Positions 49,193 to 59,919 of a stretch of DNA of 64,000 nt are shown here, piece after piece (the first letter of the stretch is position 1; the number at the start of each line of letters is the position of its first letter). The position numbers were made by a program, and so were the translations under genes. The notes below the pieces were generated by a model. That model made no database searches. It saw only the letters and a program-made list of their open reading frames with translations, and was not told where the DNA came from. Origin of the DNA: Promethearchaeota archaeon (GTDB lineage Archaea > Asgardarchaeota > Lokiarchaeia > Sigyniarchaeales > SOKP01); NCBI GenBank assembly GCA_048940445.1, contig JBHLON010000003.1, forward strand, positions 1 through 64,000, written 5' to 3'.

Positions 49193-50245
49193 ATGAGTAT
49201 GAAAAAAGTAAGCTCGAGTGTCATTCGTCTTGCTCACGGTGCTGGTGGCTTATTACAAGAAGAGTTAATTAACTTTATTACTAAGAACATAACCTATAAA
49301 AATGTTAATAAGGGAATAGGTGTCGAAGAGTTAGACGATGGAGCTACGATTCCATTGGAAGATTACGATAAGGAAATTGTAGTAACTTCAGATGGATATA
49401 CTGTATACCCACTATTCTTTCCTGGAGGAAACTTAGGAATTTTAAGTGTTTGTGGAACTGTTAATGATTTACTTATGATGGGTGCACAGCCTTTAGCTAT
49501 TAGTTCTATTATTATAATAGAAGAAGGATTGAAATTTGAGTTATTAGAAAAGATTATCAATTCATTTAATTTTAAAGCTAGAGAATCTAATATCTCTATT
49601 ATTGCGGGAGATACGAAAGTAATGCCCCGTGGTACATTAAATGAATTAATTATGGCTATTACAGGAATAGGAATTAAAGATAAATCTGTAAAGATTTTAG
49701 ATAGTAATTTACAGCCGAAAGATAAGATTATTGTGACTGGATCCATTGGCGATCATGGAACAGCATTAATTTCCAGTCGAGAAGGGTTAAATATCTCATC
49801 TGATTTAGAATCAGATGTTGAAACCTTATTAGAAATTTATAATAATTTAAAAACAGAAATAAACAACAATTATATTCATGCGATGAAAGATCCTACGAGA
49901 GGTGGGATTGCCGCTGCTTTAAATGATTGGGCTATGAAATCTAATGTTGGTATTATGTTAGAGGAAGATAATATCCCAATTAAAAAGCAAGTAGTTGCTG
50001 TATGTGAGATGCTTGGTTTAGATCCTTTCAATATTGCTTCTGAAGGCAGAGCCTTATTATCTGTTGATCCTAATCAAGCAGTAAATATTCTTAAAAAAAT
50101 AAAATCTACAAAAATAGGAAAAGATGCTAGCATTATTGGGGAAGTAACGACCGAAAATAATAAGAAAGTTTTACTTAAAACATTGATCGGCGGAACGCGA
50201 TTCATGGAGATGCCTTTGGGTGAAGTTATTCCCAGAATTTGTTAA
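49193..50245 (+). CDS. hypE: Hydrogenase maturation carbamoyl dehydratase HypE
   Basis: LAHGAGG, FFPGGNLG, GTVNDL, GDTKV, MKDPTRGG, C-terminal PRIC. Confidence 0.95.
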   Translation: MSMKKVSSSVIRLAHGAGGLLQEELINFITKNITYKNVNKGIGVEELDDGATIPLEDYDKEIVVTSDGYTVYPLFFPGGNLGILSVCGTVNDLLMMGAQPLAISSIIIIEEGLKFELLEKIINSFNFKARESNISIIAGDTKVMPRGTLNELIMAITGIGIKDKSVKILDSNLQPKDKIIVTGSIGDHGTALISSREGLNISSDLESDVETLLEIYNNLKTEINNNYIHAMKDPTRGGIAAALNDWAMKSNVGIMLEEDNIPIKKQVVAVCEMLGLDPFNIASEGRALLSVDPNQAVNILKKIKSTKIGKDASIIGEVTTENNKKVLLKTLIGGTRFMEMPLGEVIPRIC

Positions 50246-50279
50246 ATTGAATATTTATTTAAGTATTTAAACTAAAAAT

Positions 50280-51374
50280 ATGGAAATTCCAGGAACAAGT
50301 CTGTTAAAAGATAAAGCATTTGCCGAAAAACTTGTAAACTCTATTAAGAAAATATGCAGAAATCTTAACAGAAATATCAAACTAATGCATGTATGCGGCA
50401 CACACGAGCACACCATCTCCAAATATGGTTTAAGAACGCTACTCCCTAAGGAAATCGAGGTAGTTTCAGGACCAGGATGCCCAGTTTGTGTGTGTCCAGC
50501 GGCAGATATTGATAAAGCTGTTGAATTGGGTAAAAGGGATGATGTTATTATTACTACTTTTGGAGATATGATTAGAGTCCCTGCTACCAATATTTCTTTG
50601 GCTGAATTAAAGTCTCAAGGAGCAGATGTACGTATCGTCTATGGACCCCATGATGCAGTTAAAATAGCACAAAATAATCCAAATAAAGAAATTGTATTTT
50701 TTGCAATTGGATTTGAAACAACGGTTCCTTTGACGGGATATGAAATAAAGGTTAAGCCTCCTTCTAATTTTTCAGTAATCTGTGCCCATAAATTAATTCC
50801 TGCTGCTTTAGAGCTTTTAATTAGTCAATCTAAAATAGATATTGATGGTTTTATTTCTCCTGGGCATGTGTCTACAATTATAGGGTTGAAACCTTTTCAA
50901 ATTTTTTCGGATGCATATAAAGTCCCAAATGTGATAACTGGATTTGAACCCAATGATGTTTTATTAGCTATTCTTATGTTATTAAAACAGATTAAAGAGA
51001 AGAATTACAAGACCCAGAATGAATACTCTAGGGTTGTGAAACCTGAAGGAAATCTTGTAGCCCAGAAGATTATCGAAGAAGTTTTTGAGTCTGTTTCATC
51101 TCCTTGGCGAGGAATTGGGAGAGTCTTGGATGGAGGATTAATTATTAGAGATAAATATGAAGAGTTTAATGCCGATAAAAAATTTAATATCAAAATATCT
51201 AAATCGCAAGACATACCCCCGGGTTGTTCTTGCCATTTAGTAATGGTTGGTAAACTTTTTCCTTATGAATGCAAACTTTTTAGGAAGGAATGCACTCCTC
51301 TCTATCCAGTAGGTCCTTGTATGGTTTCAAGTGAAGGTACTTGTTCAATATATTATAAATATTATCAGGAATAA
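50280..51374 (+). CDS. hypD: Hydrogenase maturation protein HypD
   Basis: MHVCGTH, GPGCPVC, GFETT, PGHVS, PVGPCMVSSEGTC. Confidence 0.96.
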   Translation: MEIPGTSLLKDKAFAEKLVNSIKKICRNLNRNIKLMHVCGTHEHTISKYGLRTLLPKEIEVVSGPGCPVCVCPAADIDKAVELGKRDDVIITTFGDMIRVPATNISLAELKSQGADVRIVYGPHDAVKIAQNNPNKEIVFFAIGFETTVPLTGYEIKVKPPSNFSVICAHKLIPAALELLISQSKIDIDGFISPGHVSTIIGLKPFQIFSDAYKVPNVITGFEPNDVLLAILMLLKQIKEKNYKTQNEYSRVVKPEGNLVAQKIIEEVFESVSSPWRGIGRVLDGGLIIRDKYEEFNADKKFNIKISKSQDIPPGCSCHLVMVGKLFPYECKLFRKECTPLYPVGPCMVSSEGTCSIYYKYYQE

Positions 51375-51397
51375 GTTTTGGTGTTTATATTAGTCGG

Positions 51398-53800
51398 ATG
51401 ACTGAGAAAACTGTAGAGATTAATATAACAGGAATTGTTCAAGGAGTAGGATTTCGCCCGTTTTTATTTAACTTAGCAAAGGATTATAATCTGAATGGTG
51501 TAATTTTAAATAGGGGTAATGCAGGAGTTCGATTAATTGTTCAAGGTGAACCAGTTAAAATTCAAACATTTATTGATACTATTCCCCTATCCAAACCAGT
51601 CATTGCTTATATTGAAAGTATAAATAGTAAGGAAATTCAAACGAATAACAAATATGATAACCTTGAAATTATTAAAAGCGAACAAGGTCGTGGTATTAGT
51701 TTAACACTCCCACCAGATATAGCAACGTGTATAGACTGTGTAAAAGATATGCGAGATAAGGACCTGGAGAAATACTTTAATTATCCTTTTATAGCATGTG
51801 CTGTTTGTGGTCCTAGATTTACCACCGTTCGAACTTTGCCTTATGATAGAGAACGAACTACAATGAGCAATTTTCCACTTTGTAAACATGCATTTCCCCA
51901 ATCATGTATTAAAGAATATAATTCTTTTAATAACAGACGATTTCACGCTCAAACATTTGCCTGTTCAGTTTGCGGTCCTAATTATACTCTCTATGACAAA
52001 TCTAAAAAAGCAATACCTATAAACTCAATTGAAGAAATGTTGCTTGAAACTGCTAAAAAAATCAATAATGGTGAAATTGGAGCAATTAAAGGTATAGGGG
52101 GAGTTCATCTTGTTTGTTTAGCTGAAGATAGTGATGTCATATCAAAACTTCGAAATAGGAAGGGTGATCGAAAATTTAAGCCATTCGCTGTTATGATCCC
52201 AAATTTAGGATTAATAGAAAAAGAATTCAAAATCTCTGAAAAAGAAAAAGAACTTTTAGAATCTTTCAGGAGACCTATTGTATTATTAGAGAGAAAAAAT
52301 CTCTTTACAAATCCTGGAATAAGTGAAGAGGTAGCTCCAGGTTTAAATAATGTCGGTATAATGCTCCCCTATTCTGGTATACATTATTTATTGTTCGATT
52401 ATATAGGAGAAAAACCATTAGTTTATACTAGTGGGAATAAATCAAATATCCCGATGGGAATAGATAATAACATAATATTTGACCAACTTCATGATTTAGC
52501 CGATTTCTTTTTACTCCATAATCGTCCTATATTTCAAAGAGCTGATGATAGCGTTCTAAGAATTCATAATGATAAATCAAAATTAATTAGAAGATCACGA
52601 GGGTATGTTCCCGAATATTTATCTCTGCCTTTTAAAGTAGAGATTCAAGGTGCAATTGCAACTGGTCCTGAATTAACAACGACAGGAGCAATTTTACGGA
52701 GAAATCGAATTTTTCCCACTCAACATATTGGAAACACCACTAACTTAGAGACTTATGAATTTTTAAAAGATGCTATCTTTCATATGAAAAATCTATTGCA
52801 AATAAAAGATTCTGAAATTGAGTTTGTTTGCTGTGATGCTCATCCTGCATTTGTTTCTACTAAATTAGGCAATGATTTGGCGTCATCTTTTAAGGTTAGG
52901 TTATATCCTATTCAACATCATTTTGCACATGTATTAGGTTTAATGGCTGAAAATAAAGTAGAAAAAAGTGAACGTGTAGTAGGTATAAGTGTTGATGGTG
53001 TTGGATATGGAGATGATGGTAACGTTTGGGGTGGTGAAATTTTATTAAGTTCTTATCATAATTATAAACGATTAGCTCATCTTCAATATCAGCCGATGAT
53101 TGGAGCAGATAGGTGTACAAAATATCCTGCAAGAATGGTCGCCTCAATATTATTAAACAAACTAGGCATTGAAGAAGCAACTAAACTCTTCACGCTTTTG
53201 AACTTAAAGAAGGATCTTGAATATAAGGAAAAAGAAATAAAAACCATAATATCTCAATATAATGCTGCAAATAACCATTTTCCCGCTCAAAATATTCCAC
53301 TTACGAGTTCAGCTGGTAGAATTTTTGATTGTATCTCTTACATTTTAGGAGCCTCGAAAATAAAAACATATAGAGGAGAACCTGCTATGAGATTAGAGGG
53401 ATTAGCTGCTAAAGGAAATCCAAAAGATGTAAATCTTGAAATTAACTATACTAAAAATGATGGAGTTTATGTTATTGAATCTTCGGACCTAATTTTACAA
53501 ATATTAAAGCTAAAGCTTAATAATTCACATCTTGAAAGTGATATTGCTGCTGCTTTTCAAATTAAGTTCGCTGAAAAATTCGCTGAATTGGCTATAAAGA
53601 TTGCTACAGACCATAACATTGATAAAATTGGATTAACTGGCGGTGTAGCATATAATTACTCTTTTTCTAATACAATTAAAAACTTTATAGAAGAGAATGG
53701 TTTTACTTTTTTAGAACATGATGTGATTGCTTCAGGAGATGCTGGTATAAGCACGGGTCAATTAATAGGGGGATTATTTAAATCTTTAAAAAAAAATTAA
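51398..53800 (+). CDS. hypF: Carbamoyltransferase HypF
   Basis: GIVQGVGFRPF, zinc fingers, RRFHAQ, KGIGG, QHHFAH, DGVGYG, GDAGISTGQ. Confidence 0.96.
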   Translation: MTEKTVEINITGIVQGVGFRPFLFNLAKDYNLNGVILNRGNAGVRLIVQGEPVKIQTFIDTIPLSKPVIAYIESINSKEIQTNNKYDNLEIIKSEQGRGISLTLPPDIATCIDCVKDMRDKDLEKYFNYPFIACAVCGPRFTTVRTLPYDRERTTMSNFPLCKHAFPQSCIKEYNSFNNRRFHAQTFACSVCGPNYTLYDKSKKAIPINSIEEMLLETAKKINNGEIGAIKGIGGVHLVCLAEDSDVISKLRNRKGDRKFKPFAVMIPNLGLIEKEFKISEKEKELLESFRRPIVLLERKNLFTNPGISEEVAPGLNNVGIMLPYSGIHYLLFDYIGEKPLVYTSGNKSNIPMGIDNNIIFDQLHDLADFFLLHNRPIFQRADDSVLRIHNDKSKLIRRSRGYVPEYLSLPFKVEIQGAIATGPELTTTGAILRRNRIFPTQHIGNTTNLETYEFLKDAIFHMKNLLQIKDSEIEFVCCDAHPAFVSTKLGNDLASSFKVRLYPIQHHFAHVLGLMAENKVEKSERVVGISVDGVGYGDDGNVWGGEILLSSYHNYKRLAHLQYQPMIGADRCTKYPARMVASILLNKLGIEEATKLFTLLNLKKDLEYKEKEIKTIISQYNAANNHFPAQNIPLTSSAGRIFDCISYILGASKIKTYRGEPAMRLEGLAAKGNPKDVNLEINYTKNDGVYVIESSDLILQILKLKLNNSHLESDIAAAFQIKFAEKFAELAIKIATDHNIDKIGLTGGVAYNYSFSNTIKNFIEENGFTFLEHDVIASGDAGISTGQLIGGLFKSLKKN

Positions 53801-53975
53801 ATGTTAATCTGAAATTTTTAGATTTTAGTCTATTATTCCAAATAAATTAATCGATTTCCAAAATTCTTTACTTTTATTATTTAAAATTATAATAAATTAA
53901 TTATTTCATTTAAGGTAAATAGCTAACTAAAGGAAAAGGTATGCATTTATTGCTGTGATGGGTTAGAAAAACTCA

Positions 53976-55505
53976 CTATTTTTTAGCTCTTTCCATTGAT
54001 ATTGATTTTTCTAATTCAATTAATTTTTCTATAGACTTCAATGGATAATTACCAGTTAAACATGCCATACATAATTGGTTCTCAGTTTTGTGTAAAGCAT
54101 CTGATAGATCATTTATCGTTTGATACAGTAGTGAATCAGCACCAATCTGTTTTTCAATCTCTTTAACATAGTTTTCTTTATAAAGCATTTGGAACTTACC
54201 TGCTATCAGTTCTTCTTTTGTCGGAAAATCAATTCCCATATAGCATGGACTAATTATTGGAGGACAACTTATACGTAAATGCACTGCTTTAGCATTCCCA
54301 ACATTTTTTAATATAGATACTATTTGTTGTGTAGTGGTACCTCGAACTATTGAATCGTCCAATAAAATTACATCTTTTCCCTCTACTATACTTCTAATTG
54401 GATTTAATTTATCTTTTACAGCAATCTTTCTCTTTTGTTGACCAGGTAAAATAAAAGTTCTATGAATATATCGATTTTTCATCAAACCTTCCACGTAAGG
54501 TAAACCCGATTCTTTTGCATATCCTACTGCAACACTTCTACCAGAATCTGGAACTGGAACGACTATAGCATTTTTTCTAAATTCTGGATCCTTTAAAAGA
54601 GGATCATTTTTAGCTAAGTTTATTCCTAATCTTAATCTTGCTTCAGCTACAGATACTCCATCAATAACTGAATCGGGACGAGCAAAGTATACAAATTCAA
54701 ATTGACAAAGAGCTGTTCTCTCTTTTTTTAGTATTGCTTCTGAATGAATATCTTTTTGATGACTTAAATGAACAATTTCCCCTGGAATAACGTCTCTTAT
54801 AAATTTTCCACCTACAGCATCAATTGCACATGATTCAGATGCCACAAAATATATGTTTCTCTTCTCGGTTTTTAATTCACCTATACATAAAGGTTTAAAC
54901 CCCAAAGGATCGCGCATTGCGTAGATATCACCCTCCGGTGATAAAAGTATCAGAGAATAGGAACCATCAAAAAACCTACTGGCAATCTTCAATATTTCTG
55001 GCCAATCTTCTGTTCCTAAAGCTAATGAAGCTATAAATTGTGCAGCTATTTCAGTATCAGTATTCGTAATGAAAATCCGGCCCATATCTTCCATTCTCTT
55101 TTGAAGATCAGCATAATTTGGGATCGTTCCATTAAATGCCATAGAAAATTCAATTTCATTGTTTTTAAGGTGATACGGCTGCATATATTCGAGAGAGCTA
55201 TACTCTTGAGCTCCTGTCGTGGCGTATCTGGTATGACCTATACCAACATTTCCCCAAAATTTAGATAATATTTTATTGGTTAATACACTTGATACTAACC
55301 CTTTCTTTTTATATGTATATATTTTTCCACCTGTTTTTAAAATAGAAATCCCCGCTGATTCTTGTCCTCTATGTTGCTGCGCAATAAGACCTGTATATAT
55401 CAAATTTGAAACTGAATAGCCAATATCGTTACAAGTGGCCCCAAAAACAGCACAATTTTCCCTAACTTTCTCTCCTAAAGGGGTACAACTATAATTTAGA
55501 GTCAT
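53976..55505 (-). CDS. purF: Amidophosphoribosyltransferase
   Basis: ENCAVFG, QHRGQESAG, GHTRYAT, CQFEFVYFARPDS, PVPDSG, DDSIVRGTT, CMAC. Confidence 0.96.
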   Translation of the reverse strand: MTLNYSCTPLGEKVRENCAVFGATCNDIGYSVSNLIYTGLIAQQHRGQESAGISILKTGGKIYTYKKKGLVSSVLTNKILSKFWGNVGIGHTRYATTGAQEYSSLEYMQPYHLKNNEIEFSMAFNGTIPNYADLQKRMEDMGRIFITNTDTEIAAQFIASLALGTEDWPEILKIASRFFDGSYSLILLSPEGDIYAMRDPLGFKPLCIGELKTEKRNIYFVASESCAIDAVGGKFIRDVIPGEIVHLSHQKDIHSEAILKKERTALCQFEFVYFARPDSVIDGVSVAEARLRLGINLAKNDPLLKDPEFRKNAIVVPVPDSGRSVAVGYAKESGLPYVEGLMKNRYIHRTFILPGQQKRKIAVKDKLNPIRSIVEGKDVILLDDSIVRGTTTQQIVSILKNVGNAKAVHLRISCPPIISPCYMGIDFPTKEELIAGKFQMLYKENYVKEIEKQIGADSLLYQTINDLSDALHKTENQLCMACLTGNYPLKSIEKLIELEKSISMERAKK

Positions 55506-55621
55506 AATTTAACATATCTTGAAAAAGAGATGTACATTTTCAACCATAAATACAATTAATACAAATGAATAATAATTTTTAATTATTAGTTTAATAGAAT
55601 ATATATAATTTACAATTTTAG

Positions 55622-56278
55622 CTGTTAAAAATTAAATTCAAAAATAAAGATTTTGCTTTTATTATCTTAATAGGCGGAAAGAGTAATCGTTTTGGAACAG
55701 ATAAATGCCTTTTTCAATTTAAAGGAAAAGCTCTTATTGAACATCAATTAGACATATTGACTCAATTTCCCTACGATATTTTTATAACTGCTAGTTCTAA
55801 GAACCAAGTTCAAAAATGCTTAGACCAAATTAACATTAAAAAGATTACAGCATTTATCATAGATGATGATCTTATTTTAAATGGGAATGTGCGAGTTGCT
55901 ATGCTAGGATTGTACTCTGCTTTTAAAGAATTACGAGTCCTTGGGTATCAAAAAGCTTTTGCATTATCATGTGATAATCCACTGATCAAATATGAGGTTA
56001 TTGATTATATGATAAAAGAATGTCAAAACTACGATTGTTGTATTCCAAGATGGAACAGTGGCTTTCTCGAGCCTTTATTTGCTATTTACTCTGTTGAAAA
56101 AGCTTATGTATCTTCATTAAACAATTTAAAAAAAAGAAAGTATAGATTAGTTAATTTAATTAATGATTCTTGGCAAATTAATTACATTTCAATCGAAGAT
56201 TCTATCAAAAAATTTGATTTGAATCTCTTTTCTTTTAAAAATATTAATAATCCGGAGGATATTGAAACTTTAGAATAA
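55622..56278 (+). CDS. mobA: Molybdenum cofactor guanylyltransferase; non-canonical start (CTG 55622 or ATT 55631)
   Basis: Frame extends upstream to IILIGGKSNRFGTDKC; SCDNP, EPLFAIY, NINNPED; TAG at 55619 bounds the frame. Confidence 0.85.
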   Translation: MLKIKFKNKDFAFIILIGGKSNRFGTDKCLFQFKGKALIEHQLDILTQFPYDIFITASSKNQVQKCLDQINIKKITAFIIDDDLILNGNVRVAMLGLYSAFKELRVLGYQKAFALSCDNPLIKYEVIDYMIKECQNYDCCIPRWNSGFLEPLFAIYSVEKAYVSSLNNLKKRKYRLVNLINDSWQINYISIEDSIKKFDLNLFSFKNINNPEDIETLE

Positions 56279-56314
56279 ATGAGATAAAAAAATAAAAAAA
56301 AGTTAAATCTAAAT

Positions 56315-56809
56315 TTACTTTCTTTCTAAGAACACACTGATAATTCCTAAAACTCCTCCAGAAATCAGTACATAAGTTCCTAACCCTAATTGGTCGATGG
56401 GTACATAAAATGGAAATATACCTGCAACTTGAGACGCTTCAAAATAGGTTTCAAAAAATTCGCTTTTAATGCCTAAAAAGTCTGTATAAGTTAAAAAGAA
56501 AAACATTAATCCAATTGCTAATGGAAAAAGGGAAAAGATAAAGCTAACAGCTCTATTGGCCATACCAATTATTTGCAATACACCAGCGGCAAGAAAAATT
56601 ATAAATAACGCTACTAATAAATAATAAACCCAAATGTCAACACCTAAATAGGCAGCATTTCCAGCAGGATCTGCAAATAACGAAGTTAAATTAGTTATGA
56701 ATCCAACACCTGAACTTACACCGGTCAATGAAGCAGAAACCGCTAGAACATAGGTACCAATAATGGTTATTATCCCGCTTAATAATGCTAAAGCCCTTCC
56801 AGATTTCAT
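56315..56809 (-). CDS. Four-TM membrane protein
   Basis: Hydrophobic ORF; architecture similar to 62198..62731. Confidence 0.7.
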   Translation of the reverse strand: MKSGRALALLSGIITIIGTYVLAVSASLTGVSSGVGFITNLTSLFADPAGNAAYLGVDIWVYYLLVALFIIFLAAGVLQIIGMANRAVSFIFSLFPLAIGLMFFFLTYTDFLGIKSEFFETYFEASQVAGIFPFYVPIDQLGLGTYVLISGGVLGIISVFLERK

Positions 56810-56930
56810 TTAAATTCTACCTTTTATAATTTGCTTTTTTTTAATTAAGATATTCTTAATAAGATTAATCAAAATAGAAAAGATATAAAAATTTAAGTGT
56901 TCTTAAATTATTGATTCAACATTTATCTCT

Positions 56931-57602
56931 TTATTTGCGGCAGCTTATTATAAGGAAATTAGCCACAATGTTACAATCAGTTAAATGTGGAACTTTTTCA
57001 ATTGCTTCTTTAGTTGCTTTAGGTTCACTTATTTTTTCTAGTTTAAATCCAACGTCAAATATTGTATTAAACCATATACTTAATGTTCTATGAAACCTGG
57101 GAACCTTAAATTTCTTCATATCTTTAGTTAATTCAATTGGAGCTGCATTAATAATCCATTCCTCAATAAAACCTTCCATTTCATTAAAATAATCTCCACA
57201 TATTAACCCATTTTTATTCCCTTCTCGATCCTTTATCCATTCATGGATTGGGGTAGAATAGTATGGATGAAGAATAGAAAATTGAAAAAATCCACCACTT
57301 TTTACTATTCTATATATTTCTTTTAGTGCCTTATCTAATTGAGTCATATCCATGAAAGTCATAGTAGAAATTGCAAAATCAAACTCATCACTATTAAATG
57401 GTATATTTTTAGCATTTACCAGTTTATATTTAATCCCGAGACGATGGTGCTTCTCTTCTTCCATTGCTTTTTCAATAAATACTTTAGAAATATCGATACC
57501 TACCATTTGCGCTCCCTTTTTATGCGCAATTCTCGTGTTATATCCTTTTCCACAGCCAATATCAATCCCTCTCATTTGAGAAATTTTTGGAACGATGCAC
57601 AC
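56931..57602 (-). CDS. Class I SAM-dependent methyltransferase, 5' end apparently degraded
   Basis: IDIGCGKG, FDFAIS, GGFFQFSILHP, FHRTLS.W; only about 12 aa precede motif I. Confidence 0.7.
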   Translation of the reverse strand: MCIVPKISQMRGIDIGCGKGYNTRIAHKKGAQMVGIDISKVFIEKAMEEEKHHRLGIKYKLVNAKNIPFNSDEFDFAISTMTFMDMTQLDKALKEIYRIVKSGGFFQFSILHPYYSTPIHEWIKDREGNKNGLICGDYFNEMEGFIEEWIINAAPIELTKDMKKFKVPRFHRTLSIWFNTIFDVGFKLEKISEPKATKEAIEKVPHLTDCNIVANFLIISCRK

Positions 57603-57654
57603 AAATTTTTAAAATTTTTAACAAGATACCGAAATCTGTCCTAAATCGTTGTTA

Positions 57655-57829
57655 TACCATTATTCTAGGTTTTGTGTTATATTTTCTGGTGCTATTAATC
57701 TTTTTTTTAATCTCAAGGCTTTTACCAGTAGGTCCCATCTTAGCATATCTCTCTATTTCATATACATCTTCACAATATGATCAAATGTGTCATCAATTAG
57801 GATTTCATAGACCATTTTTTGAACAATTC
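57655..57829 (+). pseudogene. Degenerate duplicate of the 5' end of the downstream peptide ABC permease gene
   Basis: ISRLLPVGPILAYLSISYTSSQYDQMCHQLGFHRPFFEQF versus LSRLIPGDPVLAYLPTPYTPSQYDQMYRQLGLDKPPFQQF. Confidence 0.75.
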
Positions 57830-57956
57830 AAAAAAAGTAATAAATTTAAAATATTAGGTTCTATTAAGATTTCTTAAAATCATAATATACTCACAAAAAC
57901 GTTTAAATATTTATTTAATTTAATTCTAATAAAAATCCTGAAGGGTCAATATTATC

Positions 57957-59882
57957 ATGAATAATGTTAATAAGCGATTTGGTATAAAAAAAGTATTTTT
58001 TAACTTAATATATACGGTAACTATAGGAATTATTCTATTTTTTCTGGTAATTTATATCTCATTTCTGCTGTCAAGACTTATACCGGGAGATCCCGTCTTA
58101 GCCTATCTTCCTACGCCATATACACCTTCACAATATGACCAGATGTATCGCCAACTGGGGCTTGATAAACCCCCCTTTCAACAATTCATCCTATATCTTG
58201 GAAGGATGTTTTCTGGCAATTGGGGGATTTCGAACTCAATTAATCATGGGATGCCAGTCACAGAACTATTTGGGCGTTATTGTTTACCAAGAACAATCGA
58301 TCTATTACTCCTACCATTACTTATTGGAATAGTGCTGGGTGCGTTATTTGGAAATCTTTCCATGAAAGTCAAACATAAATGGATAGATAAACTAGTTCAA
58401 ATTCTTACTTTAGTTGGATGCGCATTGCCTTTATTTTTTCTTGGAATGTTATTTCAGTATGTTTTAGGGTATGTATTTCAAATATTTCCAACGATGGGTT
58501 ATAAAACACCTTCATACCCAGATCCTACTTTGATAACAGGCTCCCGAATTATAGATTCATTTCTATCTGGACAATTTTATCTCATCCCTGATTATTTACT
58601 TCACTTTGTTCTGCCATGGTCAGTATTAACAATCGGAATTGGTTCCTTAACCGCATTATTAGTGCGAATATACCTGTTAAATAAAGGTAAAAGACGTTCA
58701 ATAGTGCCAAACTCTTTTAATACAGCAACAAGTTTTGGATTGATTTTTGGATTTATAGTAATAATAGAAACTACATTTGGTTTATATGGAGTGGGCCAAT
58801 TATTTATCCAATCAATTATGAGTGCAGATTATTGGGTGCTTAATTCATTTATATTTTTGATACCTATTACGTTTGTCATTTTACTTGTGTTTTGCAATAT
58901 CCTCTTTATAGTATACGGTTTAATCAAGCGCATTATTATTAAGAAACTTGCCTATAAGCGATCTATAACTAAGAAGTTAAAACATAAAAATGAAATCAAG
59001 TCTGAAAATAATGATCCTCCTGCGATCAGTGGTTCTAATCAATTAGGTGTAAGGCAAGAGAAAGGAATTAAAAAGCAATTCAAAGATTTCTTAAGCTACT
59101 TTAATAAGAAATTATTATCTCCATTAACTATTTTTGGCTCAATAATTCTTTTGTTTTTCATTCTGATTTCAATTTTCCCTCAAATATTAACTCCCTATAC
59201 ATTTGAACAAGCAATTGAGCCTATTCCAGGAGCATGGGGTCCACCCTCACCGCTTCATCCATTTGGTCAAACTAAATTCGGTTGGGATGTTTTAGCAAGG
59301 GTTGTTTATAGTAGTCGAACTGCATTATCAACCATACCTCCCATTATTGGAATTGGGTTGTTAGGAGGATTGATAATTGGCATCCCTATGGCATTATTAA
59401 ATCGCCGATTTAAAATGTCAACTGAGATCTCAATGATAGTAATTTTTTGCGCTCCTATCTATTTTGGTATACTTGTAGTTCTTTCTTCAGTAGCACCAGT
59501 TACACTTGGCAATTCAATGCTTCTTTATGGAATCCTTCTGATTCCATTCTTTACTTTATTGATTGCAAAAACACGAATAAATGGATTTGAAATCATGAAG
59601 AAAGTGATTCCATATATCCCCCTATTCATTGGCTTTATTTTAATAATTGACGCTGGTATTGGATTTTTGGGCTTTTCTGATCCCAGATTTATTTCATTTG
59701 GGAATGAACTCAACGAATCAAGGATGTTTATCTATAATGCTCCTTGGGCTACCATTTGGCCCGGTCTATTCTTATTCTTACTCTCGTTAGGATTCTTTTT
59801 GCTCTATGCTGGTCTACAAAAGAAGCCCAGAGAAAATCCTTTACTATTTGCACCTGTACAAGAACAACCAATAAAAATATAA
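57957..59882 (+). CDS. Fused DppB-DppC-like peptide ABC permease lacking both EAA loops
   Basis: PGDPV..GNWG.S (DppB half); PPSPLHPFGQTKFGWDVLARVVY and APWATIWPG (DppC half). Confidence 0.8.
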   Translation: MNNVNKRFGIKKVFFNLIYTVTIGIILFFLVIYISFLLSRLIPGDPVLAYLPTPYTPSQYDQMYRQLGLDKPPFQQFILYLGRMFSGNWGISNSINHGMPVTELFGRYCLPRTIDLLLLPLLIGIVLGALFGNLSMKVKHKWIDKLVQILTLVGCALPLFFLGMLFQYVLGYVFQIFPTMGYKTPSYPDPTLITGSRIIDSFLSGQFYLIPDYLLHFVLPWSVLTIGIGSLTALLVRIYLLNKGKRRSIVPNSFNTATSFGLIFGFIVIIETTFGLYGVGQLFIQSIMSADYWVLNSFIFLIPITFVILLVFCNILFIVYGLIKRIIIKKLAYKRSITKKLKHKNEIKSENNDPPAISGSNQLGVRQEKGIKKQFKDFLSYFNKKLLSPLTIFGSIILLFFILISIFPQILTPYTFEQAIEPIPGAWGPPSPLHPFGQTKFGWDVLARVVYSSRTALSTIPPIIGIGLLGGLIIGIPMALLNRRFKMSTEISMIVIFCAPIYFGILVVLSSVAPVTLGNSMLLYGILLIPFFTLLIAKTRINGFEIMKKVIPYIPLFIGFILIIDAGIGFLGFSDPRFISFGNELNESRMFIYNAPWATIWPGLFLFLLSLGFFLLYAGLQKKPRENPLLFAPVQEQPIKI

Positions 59883-59919
59883 ATCCTATTTTTTATTCTT
59901 TTATTCTCTAATTTAAAAT

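Noticed and set aside
51878-51912. 5-aa insertion in the HypF zinc finger with an ACATG/CATGT stem
   Set aside because: No BHB geometry; likely a lineage-specific loop.
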